64,000 bases of DNA from assembly GCA_963733295.1 (NCBI GenBank), contig CAVTCS010000003.1, positions 1,280,001 through 1,344,000 on the forward strand, given 5' to 3'. The position numbers and the translations under genes are program-made. Position 1 is the stretch's first letter. Each line of letters begins with the position of its first letter. Positions 49,134-59,252 of the stretch are shown one piece after another. The notes under the pieces were generated by a model, which was not told the DNA's origin, made no database searches, and saw nothing but the letters and a program-made list of their open reading frames with translations. Source of the DNA: Vulcanimicrobiota bacterium. Its GTDB lineage: Bacteria; Vulcanimicrobiota; Vulcanimicrobiia; Vulcanimicrobiales; Vulcanimicrobiaceae.

Positions 49134-50722
49134 GAGCCGGCCTGTGGTTTCATCGACTCGAAGTTGAGGATCGAGTCGGGTCGCGGAACAATTCCCTCGA
49201 TCGTCGATCTGGCTGCGAACGAGACGATCGAATGAACCAGCGCGACCGCGGGAACTTGATCGTGGACCATCGCATTTGCCTGACGGTAGATCGCGGCGCG
49301 CTTCTGCTGATCGACGGTGCGTTGGCCGGCAAGCATTAGCGCGTGAAACTTTGGGTCGCGCCAGAACGAGAAGTTCTGTGCTTGGCCTTTCACCGCGCTG
49401 TCTTGGTCCAGCAGCGGATAGAAGAAATTATCCGGGTCGCCGTTGTCTCCCGTCCAGCCGATCAAACACATCGGGTGTTCGCCGTTGCGCGTCTTGGTCA
49501 AGAACACGCTGAATTCGAAGGGCTCGAGGGTCACGTCGATGCCGATCGCCTTGAGGTCGGCTTGAATCGCTTCGGCGATGCGCTCCGGCTCGGGCATGTA
49601 CGGTCGCGGCGAGGTCGTGTAGTAGAGCTGCGTCGCGAAGCCGTGCGGGAGACCGGCTTGCGCCAGCAGCGCCTTCGCCTTTGCAACGTCCTGCGGATAC
49701 GCTTTGAGGGCCGGGTTCTCACCGAGCATCCCGGGCGGCGTCCAATTGTCGGCGACGACCGCGCCCAGCGCGTAGAATCCGTCGGCGATCGCCTTCTCGT
49801 CGATCGCATAGGCGATGGCCCGTCGCACCAATACGTCATCGAACGGTTTTTTCTCGACGTTCAGAGCGAGGTACGAGACGTTGTTGCTCGGCTGCTGGTA
49901 GAGCTTGACGCCCGGTTGCTGCGCCAGCTCCTTCGCGTCGTCGGGACGCGGGTCGACCAGAATGTCGACGTCGCCCTTCTTCATGGAGAGCACCGAGGTC
50001 GATTGATCCGGTATGTCGCGCACGATCACGGTCGCGTACGCCGGTTTCGGGCCGGCCCACAGCGGGTTTGCCTGCAACGTGATGTGGTCGTCCTTCACCC
50101 ATTCGGCGAGCACGTACGGTCCAGCGGCGACCGGAGTTTGACCGAATTCGTGCGGGTCCTTCTTGATCGCAGCAGGCGATCCGATGCCGAACGACGACAT
50201 CGCGAGGTTGCGCAAAAACGGACCGAACGGCGTCGCGAGCATCATCGTCACCCGGTTCGGCGCCGGAGCGTCGACGCCGACGATCACGCCCGGCAAACCG
50301 CCGAACATACTGGCGTAGTACGGGTAGGCGTAAGCCCCGTGATACGGATCGCCGCGCAGCCGCCAACGGTCGAAGTTGAATTTCACCGCCGCCGCGTCGA
50401 GCGGACTGCCGTCTGAAAACTTCAGGCCGGGCTTGAGCGTGAACGTCCAGCGCTTCTCGTCCGGGCTCGAGGACCACGACTGCGCGATGTCGGGGACGAC
50501 TTCGAACGTCCCCGGCTTGAACTTCACGAGATTCGTGAAGATCTCCGCCGTGACGTTGAGCGACATACCGTCCGTCTCGTGTGAAGGATCGAGGCCAACC
50601 GCGTCCTTGACGCGCGCGACCGCGAGTTCGGGTGCTTGCGTTGCACCCGACTGCGAGCCGCCGCAGCCGCATAGCAAGATCACGAGCAACGCAAAAGGGG
50701 CGGGAAGCGCCTTTAAATTCAC
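49130..50722 (-). CDS. ABC-type peptide substrate-binding lipoprotein (family 5)
   Basis: Lipobox LCGC, F.L..G.KF.DG.P.DA.AVKFNFDRW, VRRAIAYAID, GWTGDNGDPDNF. Confidence 0.92.
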   Translation of the reverse strand: MNLKALPAPFALLVILLCGCGGSQSGATQAPELAVARVKDAVGLDPSHETDGMSLNVTAEIFTNLVKFKPGTFEVVPDIAQSWSSSPDEKRWTFTLKPGLKFSDGSPLDAAAVKFNFDRWRLRGDPYHGAYAYPYYASMFGGLPGVIVGVDAPAPNRVTMMLATPFGPFLRNLAMSSFGIGSPAAIKKDPHEFGQTPVAAGPYVLAEWVKDDHITLQANPLWAGPKPAYATVIVRDIPDQSTSVLSMKKGDVDILVDPRPDDAKELAQQPGVKLYQQPSNNVSYLALNVEKKPFDDVLVRRAIAYAIDEKAIADGFYALGAVVADNWTPPGMLGENPALKAYPQDVAKAKALLAQAGLPHGFATQLYYTTSPRPYMPEPERIAEAIQADLKAIGIDVTLEPFEFSVFLTKTRNGEHPMCLIGWTGDNGDPDNFFYPLLDQDSAVKGQAQNFSFWRDPKFHALMLAGQRTVDQQKRAAIYRQANAMVHDQVPAVALVHSIVSFAARSTIEGIVPRPDSILNFESMKPQAGS

Positions 50723-52287
50723 TTCGTTTTGATCGTGAAGGACCAGCTGCGTTCGGTCGTATTGCCGGCGGTGTCGGTAACGCGGACGCTGACCTTGACC
50801 GGTCCGTCGGGATAGTCCACCCCCGGGCTGTAGGTGATGAACGTGCTCGAGCGCGTCGTCGACGAGGTAACGTCATGCCCGTTGACGATAAGCGTGAGGC
50901 TCGAGACGTTGAGCGGGATCTCGGTCGGAGCCGCAAAGGTCGCGTAGATGCTGGGCCGGCTGTTATTGACGGTTTGGTTGGGCGGCGGCGCGACGTCGGT
51001 CACCGCCGGCGGCGTCGTCGCGGCCGAAAGCGTGGTGGCGGCTTGGACCCGCGTCGAGACGCTCGCGCCGACGCTCAGGTGACCGAAAACCGGCACGCTC
51101 GTCACGTTGAAGCGGTCGGGAATCGTGAAGCGTCCGCGATAGTTTCCGGGGCTGACCTCCGTCATGTCGAGACCGTTCAAGTAGTCGCCGATGTCGAAGC
51201 TCGCGCGCCCGCCCGGCGTCCCCGCCATCGTCACCTCCAGCGTCTCGCCGGCATGCAGCGGGCGCAGCGGCGAGAGCGCGAAAGCGGTCACCGTGACCGC
51301 AACGCCGGGAGTCGCGGAAGGCGCGCCGGATCCGTTCGGTGCCGGGTTCGTGCGGGATGCGATGATCTGCCGTAATTCGCCGGTTTCCGGGTTGCTGCGA
51401 ACGGTGACGGTGTCGCCGACCTGCAAGTCCGCGATGCGTGCCGCTGCGCCGTTGAGCGAAATCTCGGTGCTCCGTCCCGGCGTCACCACGCGTCCGTTCG
51501 CGAGCACGAAGGCTACCGGCGAGAGTGCCGAGATCGTTCCGCTCTGCGACTTGTAGTACGCGTGGACTTCGGCGACGCGTCCGTCGTGCAACAGAACCAC
51601 GAGCAATTGATCGCCGACCCTGATGTCCGAGATCTGCGCGTGCATTTGCGTGTGGACGGTGACGTCTTCGACGTACACCTTCGCGTCGGAGGTGATGCTG
51701 ATCGTCCGCGGGTGACCGCTCTCGACGACCGTAATCGAAGGAGGCGCCGAGTCGGCGTCGACTTCCGCAACGACGCCCTGCACGCTCGTGCCGCCACCGG
51801 CCCGTGACTGCGTCGCGTCGTTGTTGCGTCCGATGTACGCGGACACGATCTCGACGCGACCGGCGTGCTGGTCGAAGTTGACCGTCGCTCCCAGCGCGGC
51901 GCTGAGGAAGCGCAGGGGGAGGTAGAGCGCGTCCTTATATTCGGTCACCGGGGAATCGAGGCCGACCGTCTTTCCGTTGACGGTCGCTTCGCTGCTGCCG
52001 ACGGTCAGCCTGATGTTACCGCTCGGCAGCCGCGCCAGAATCGTCGGGCCGTCGCGCGAAATCGCGATGCCGAGCGCCGCGAAGACGGCGCGCAACGGCA
52101 AGAGCACGCGGCCCGCAACGACCCGCGGCTGATCGTCCTCGGGCAGCTGCTCGCCGTTGATGACGATCGCGATCGAGCGCGTAGGCCGCTCGACGGCGGG
52201 GGTCGGCGACGGTCGCGGTGCCGCGAACGCCGCCGGCGCGACGAGCACGGCGGCGCACGCAAACGCGAGGAACCGAAGGACTTTCAT
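50719..52287 (-). CDS. Secreted protein with copper-amine-oxidase N-terminal (stalk) domain and Ig-like domains
   Basis: Signal peptide, GRVLLPLRAVFAALG, YLPLRFLS.ALGA.V. Confidence 0.82.
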   Translation of the reverse strand: MKVLRFLAFACAAVLVAPAAFAAPRPSPTPAVERPTRSIAIVINGEQLPEDDQPRVVAGRVLLPLRAVFAALGIAISRDGPTILARLPSGNIRLTVGSSEATVNGKTVGLDSPVTEYKDALYLPLRFLSAALGATVNFDQHAGRVEIVSAYIGRNNDATQSRAGGGTSVQGVVAEVDADSAPPSITVVESGHPRTISITSDAKVYVEDVTVHTQMHAQISDIRVGDQLLVVLLHDGRVAEVHAYYKSQSGTISALSPVAFVLANGRVVTPGRSTEISLNGAAARIADLQVGDTVTVRSNPETGELRQIIASRTNPAPNGSGAPSATPGVAVTVTAFALSPLRPLHAGETLEVTMAGTPGGRASFDIGDYLNGLDMTEVSPGNYRGRFTIPDRFNVTSVPVFGHLSVGASVSTRVQAATTLSAATTPPAVTDVAPPPNQTVNNSRPSIYATFAAPTEIPLNVSSLTLIVNGHDVTSSTTRSSTFITYSPGVDYPDGPVKVSVRVTDTAGNTTERSWSFTIKTK

Positions 52288-53296
52288 CGACCTGGAGTTT
52301 GCTCCAACACTTCGCGATACACCTCGGCGGTCTTCGCGGCACACCGATCCCACGTCAGGGTTCGAGCGAAGCGCCGGGCTGCTTCGCTCGCGCGAGGGGC
52401 CGCGAGCGCGCGCCGCATGAGCGCCGAGAGCGATTGGGCGTCCCGCGCCGGGAAAAGCTCGACGAAGGGCGCGAGCGGACGCGGAACGGCATCGCCGCAC
52501 GCGATCACGTGCGTTCCGGCGCAGAGCGCCTCGAGTTGCGGCAATCCGAAGCCCTCACGAAGCGCCGGATGGACGAGCGCGACCGAGCCGCGAAAAAAGC
52601 GGGCCAGACGCTGCGAGTCGACGTCGCCGAGAAATTGCAGCCGTCCGCGCGCGCGCTCGGGACGGACGCCGGGCAAATCGTCGCTGCCGGTGAGGTACAG
52701 ATCGGCCTCGACGGCAGGATCGAGCGCGGCCCAAGCAGCCAGCAGCGTGCCCAGGTCCTTGTGCGGCCGGTGGTTACCCGCATAGATGAAGTACGGTCGC
52801 GGAGCCGGCTCGGGTTCCACGTCGGACAGAAACGCGTCGTCGACGCCGAGCGGAACGACCCGCACCTTCGCCGGGGGAACCCCAAGATAGCGTTCGAGAT
52901 CTTCGACGGTACGTTCGTCGTCGGTGATCACTCGCGCCGCGCGCGCGCACAGACTGCGCACGACCAGCGTATAGTACGGCACCACGCTGCGCTTGTGGAA
53001 CGCAGGAAAGTTCAGGTGGATCAGGTCGTGAATCGTCAAGACGAAAGGCCGCGGCGCCAAATACGGTGCGTACATCGAGAGAAAATGGACGAGGCGGGGA
53101 CGGGCCCGGCGCAAGCGCAGCGGAAGCGCGATCTGTTCTTCGAACCCGAAACTGGTGCCGTGCGAGAATTCGGCAAAGCTCAGATCGGGCGCCATGCGGG
53201 GCAAGCGCGCGGCTAGTTCGCTCGCATACGCCTGCATGCCGGCGGAGATGTGCCTCGTGCGGGGCACGTCGAGCGCCACGTCGAGGCGGGCGGCGC

Positions 53297-53300
<4 letters not shown>
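52284..53300 (-). CDS. GT4-family glycosyltransferase
   Basis: VLTIHDLIH, V.PLGVD, GNHRPHK, EGFGLP.LEA. Confidence 0.9.
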
Positions 53301-55761
<2,461 letters not shown>

Positions 55762-56583
55762 TTAGCCTGCGAGGGCGACGACACGGTCGAGCCCGGCGTA
55801 GTCCCGCAACACGCTGCAGGTCCTTCCCGGGAAGTTCCTCGCGACGAGCGCGGCCAGGTCCGAGGCCGTGTCCGGCCCCGTTTCGAGAAACATCGCACCA
55901 TCCGGCGCTAAGCGCGGCGACGCTTGCTCGAGGAAGCGACGATAGACCTCCAAGCCGTCGCAGCCACCGTCGAGCGCGAGTTGAGGCTCGAACGACGTCG
56001 GATCGGGCGCGAGCGCGAGATCGGCGGTCGGTACGTAGGGCAGGTTCGCCACGATGCAATCGAAGCGCGCAGTCTCGCCGGCGAAGAGATCGGCCTCACG
56101 GAATTCGATCCGCGAATCGACGCCGTGCGCGCGCGCGTTGCGCCGTGCCACGGCGAGCGCTTCGGGCGAGCGATCGATCGCGCACAGCGCGAGTGCGGGA
56201 CGCTCGCGTGCAAGCGAAATCGCCAAGATTCCGCTGCCGGTGCCCGCGTCGCAAACTCGCCGAACGCGTTCGGGATGGCCGTCGACGAATGCGAGTGCCG
56301 CTTCCAGGACCTGTTCGGTTTCGGGCCGGGGAACGAGCACCGCCGGCGACACCTCGAAGCGGCGCCCGTAGAACCAGCATTCGCCCGTGATATAAGCGAC
56401 GGGTTCGCCTCGCGCGCGCCGCTCCAGCGCGCGCTCGTAGCGCTCCGAGGCCGGCGCGTCAAGCGGATCCTCGGCGTGCGCGACGAGCCAGGCTCCGTCC
56501 TTGCCGGACGCGTAGCGGAGCAGAACGTTCGCGTCGACGAGCGCTGCGGGCGTTCCGCCCAAGCGCCGGCGCGCAGCGGCCAA
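55762..56583 (-). CDS. prmC: Release factor glutamine methyltransferase
   Basis: GEPVAYITG, VLVPRPETE, D.GTGSG.LA, NLPY, FEP..ALDGG.DGL; 5' end ambiguous. Confidence 0.93.
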   Translation of the reverse strand: MAAARRRLGGTPAALVDANVLLRYASGKDGAWLVAHAEDPLDAPASERYERALERRARGEPVAYITGECWFYGRRFEVSPAVLVPRPETEQVLEAALAFVDGHPERVRRVCDAGTGSGILAISLARERPALALCAIDRSPEALAVARRNARAHGVDSRIEFREADLFAGETARFDCIVANLPYVPTADLALAPDPTSFEPQLALDGGCDGLEVYRRFLEQASPRLAPDGAMFLETGPDTASDLAALVARNFPGRTCSVLRDYAGLDRVVALAG

Positions 56584-56622
56584 GGCGTCACGGACGGTCC
56601 GGACTCACAGCCGGCCTTCCTT

Positions 56623-56670
56623 TAGAGATCACCTCGTAGAGATCATCTCGGGATCATCGAGAGATCGTCG
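56623..56670. repeat. Degenerate GATC-containing tandem repeat upstream of prmC
   Basis: TAGAGATCACCTCG / TAGAGATCATCTCG followed by GGATCATCGA and GAGATCGTCG. Confidence 0.6.
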
Positions 56671-56685
56671 CTTACAAGGCATCGC

Positions 56686-57072
56686 TTAGAAATCGTCGGC
56701 CAGCGAAGCGAGCACGGCTGGATGCTCTTCGTAGGCCAAGCCGTCAAATTTCCATGCGAGCGACCAACCCGAAGCTCCGCTCAGGTTCGCGGTGCCTTCG
56801 TCATCCTCGTCCGAATAGCGAAGCTCGAGCGAACTCAATCCCACGCTCTGCGGAAACGCGCCGGCCGCATTCTCCACCGATAAAGCCGAGGTGCCGAAGA
56901 ACGTCAGGCCGGCGCGATAGGTTGCATCCTCATCCGGGCGCACTTTCCCGTAAAGATTGACGCTGAGGCGGCGCGCCAGCATCTCGAGGCTGATTTCGAC
57001 GATCGCGCAACCGGCGAAAGTGCGCCGCGCCACGAGATCGAGCGCCTCGCGATCGCGCCGTTCCGCGCTCAT
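56686..57072 (-). CDS. Hypothetical protein
   Basis: 128-aa ORF whose ATG overlaps (ATGA) the stop of the duplicated prfA tail. Confidence 0.7.
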   Translation of the reverse strand: MSAERRDREALDLVARRTFAGCAIVEISLEMLARRLSVNLYGKVRPDEDATYRAGLTFFGTSALSVENAAGAFPQSVGLSSLELRYSDEDDEGTANLSGASGWSLAWKFDGLAYEEHPAVLASLADDF

Positions 57073-57194
57073 GAGACGCTCGCCATCTCGCCGGCGAGCA
57101 AACGCGTCTTCTCGTCCTGTTGTAAACGGGCCACGATGCGGCCGAGGTCGCCGTTCATGACGCCCTCGATGTTACCGAAGTTCTCGTTGATGCG
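57064..57194 (-). pseudogene. prfA: Displaced duplicate of the prfA 3' end (direct repeat of 57766-57896)
   Basis: 131-nt ungapped alignment with 12 mismatches; encodes RINENFGNIEGVMNGDLGRIVARLQQDEKTRLLAGEMASVS*. Confidence 0.92.
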
Positions 57195-57247
57195 GCCTAC
57201 GCTCACTTGCCGAAGGCGGCGTCGCAAAGCTGTCCTCGCCGAGCGCG

Positions 57248-57748
57248 TTAGAATGGCGTGGAGTTCCATTGCGCATAAAGATTTTTCGCCGCCGCAGCCG
57301 GCATACTGGGATCAACCTCTTGGAGCACTGCCGCGGACAATCCCCCGCCCCCTGTGTATCCCTTCAGATGCGCCTGCACGGGTAGCACCTGGACGTCTGC
57401 CTCGAAGACCGCCGTATTCGTCGCGTCGGCATACGTGAAATACACAAGAATATAATTGGTGAGATGCCCAAGCGGCGGCCTGGCTTCGTACGAAAGTTCG
57501 CCCTTTGGGAAACGAATCGAACTCGCGCTGACCCCGTAGCCGGCCTCCCTATTCTCAACTGTCGCGTGGCGCGGGTTGCCGGTGGATCGGGGGATCTCGG
57601 GATGCGCGCCTCTCTGCGACTGAAGCGCTTGGTTCGTAGGTTGTTTTTCAGAACTTGCTGAGCTGGTAGTTGAATTGCCCGAGCAGGAGCACAAGGCGAG
57701 GGCGCCCGTCAGCAGTATCTGAACGGCCCTTTCAAGGTTCACAATCAT
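57248..57748 (-). CDS. Hypothetical lipoprotein (accessory cassette)
   Basis: MIVNLERAVQILLTGALALCSC then a Ser-rich linker; visibly more AT-rich than the flanks. Confidence 0.65.
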   Translation of the reverse strand: MIVNLERAVQILLTGALALCSCSGNSTTSSASSEKQPTNQALQSQRGAHPEIPRSTGNPRHATVENREAGYGVSASSIRFPKGELSYEARPPLGHLTNYILVYFTYADATNTAVFEADVQVLPVQAHLKGYTGGGGLSAAVLQEVDPSMPAAAAKNLYAQWNSTPF

Positions 57749-57774
57749 CGCACCAGCCGCATCAACGCGCTCAT
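57745..57774 (-). other. 9-codon bridging mini-ORF MSALMRLVR*
   Basis: ATGA overlap with the prfA stop and ATGA overlap with the lipoprotein start. Confidence 0.45.
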
Positions 57775-58859
57775 GAAATGCTCGCCATCTCGCCTGCCAG
57801 CAAACGCGTCTTCTCATCCTGTTGCAAGCGCGCGACGAGACGGCCGAGGTCGCCGTTCATCACGCCCTCGATGTTACCGAAGTTCTCGTTGATGCGATGG
57901 TCGGTGATGCGGTCCTGCGGGAAGTTGTACGTGCGAATCTTCTCGGACCGGTCACCGGTTCCGACTTGACTCTTGCGCAGGCTCCCGACCGCCTCTTCGG
58001 CTTCGCGCCGCTTGCGGTCGAGCAGGACGCTGCGCAGCATCCCCATGGCGCGCTCGCGGTTCTGAAGTTGCGAACGCTCCTCGCTGCAGCTGACCACGAC
58101 GCCGCTCGGCAGGTGCGTGATTCGAATCGCCGACTCGGTTTTGTTGACGTGCTGTCCTCCCGCACCCGAGGCTTTGTAGGTGTCGATCTGGAGATCTTTG
58201 GGATTGATCTCGACCTCGACGTCCTCGGCTTCGGGAAGCACGGCGACCGTCGCGGTGCTCGTATGCACGCGGCCTTGCGACTCGGTCACAGGCACGCGCT
58301 GCACGCGGTGCACGCCGCTCTCGTACTTGAGGAACCGGTAAGGCTGGCCGTCGCGAATGCCCAGGACGATTTCCTTGAACCCGCCGGCCTCGCTCTCGCT
58401 CTGCGAAAGGACTTCGACCTTCATCTTCATCGTCTCGGCGTAGCGCGCGTACATGCGCGCCAGCTCGGCCGCGAACAGGCTCGCTTCGTCGCCGCCGGCT
58501 CCGGCCCGGATCTCAACGAAGACGTCCTTGCCGTCGTTCGGATCGCGCGGCAGCATGAGTTCCGTCAAATTGGCCTCGAGCGTCTTGCGCGCCTCACGCA
58601 AAGTTTTGGCCTCTTCTTCGGCCAGCTCGTGCATTTCGGGATCGGTGCGATCGCCGAGCAGTTCATCGTTCGCCTCGATCTGCTGGAGAACGCCACGATA
58701 GTCGCGATAAATCCTCACGGTCTGCTCGATCGCGGCGCGTTCCTTGACGAGCGCGGTGAAGCGGACTTGATCGAAGGTTTCGCCGGGATTGGCGAGCTCC
58801 GCTTCGATCTCATCGAACCGGTTCGAAAGAGTCTCCAGACGGTCGAGATTGAACATCAT
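57771..58859 (-). CDS. prfA: Peptide chain release factor 1
   Basis: EIRAGAGG.EA, HRVQRVPVTE (PxT marks RF1), GAGGQHVN, RSEKIRTYNFPQ. Confidence 0.98.
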   Translation of the reverse strand: MMFNLDRLETLSNRFDEIEAELANPGETFDQVRFTALVKERAAIEQTVRIYRDYRGVLQQIEANDELLGDRTDPEMHELAEEEAKTLREARKTLEANLTELMLPRDPNDGKDVFVEIRAGAGGDEASLFAAELARMYARYAETMKMKVEVLSQSESEAGGFKEIVLGIRDGQPYRFLKYESGVHRVQRVPVTESQGRVHTSTATVAVLPEAEDVEVEINPKDLQIDTYKASGAGGQHVNKTESAIRITHLPSGVVVSCSEERSQLQNRERAMGMLRSVLLDRKRREAEEAVGSLRKSQVGTGDRSEKIRTYNFPQDRITDHRINENFGNIEGVMNGDLGRLVARLQQDEKTRLLAGEMASIS

Positions 58860-58863
58860 GATG

Positions 58864-58894
58864 AAAAGAACGAGCCGCAAAGGCTGCGGCTCGT
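58864..58894 (-). terminator. Terminator-like hairpin between rpmE and prfA
   Basis: Perfect 10-bp stem ACGAGCCGCA-5nt-TGCGGCTCGT followed by TCTTTT. Confidence 0.65.
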
Positions 58895-58913
58895 CTATTG
58901 GAAACCTCGAAGG

Positions 58914-59183
58914 TTAGGCGTCGGCCGCGGCGGCCTCGGTCTTCTTTCGCTTCCGCTCGGCGGCTTCGCTCTTCTTCTGCTCGGCGGCCGCAAGCCGCTG
59001 GTTGAACTTGTCGACCCGGCCGGCGGTGTCGATGAACTTCTGTTGCCCCGTAAACAGCGGGTGGCATGCCGAACAGATCTCGACGCCGATCTCCTTCATC
59101 GTCGAGCCGGTCGTAAACACGCTCCCGCATGCGCAGTGAACGCGCGCCTCTGGGTACCACGTAGGATGAATCTTCTCTTTCAC
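58914..59183 (-). CDS. rpmE: 50S ribosomal protein L31 (Zn-binding type)
   Basis: [34 protein letters not shown]. Confidence 0.97.
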   Translation of the reverse strand: MKEKIHPTWYPEARVHCACGSVFTTGSTMKEIGVEICSACHPLFTGQQKFIDTAGRVDKFNQRLAAAEQKKSEAAERKRKKTEAAAADA

Positions 59184-59252
59184 AGCCGTTCCATAATAAC
59201 AGAGGGCGCAAGGGGCGCGGTTGCGCCGCAGGCTAGGGATACGGGGAGCATC

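Noticed and set aside
56595..56625. prfB-type programmed frameshift at prmC
   Set aside because: No CTT TGA C slippery site with the required SD spacing; kept only as an unexplained 5' anomaly.
57069..57269. 66-aa ORF as a functional mini release factor
   Set aside because: Only the last ~41 aa match RF1 and GGQ/PxT are absent; best explained as the displaced prfA tail with a chance upstream ATG.
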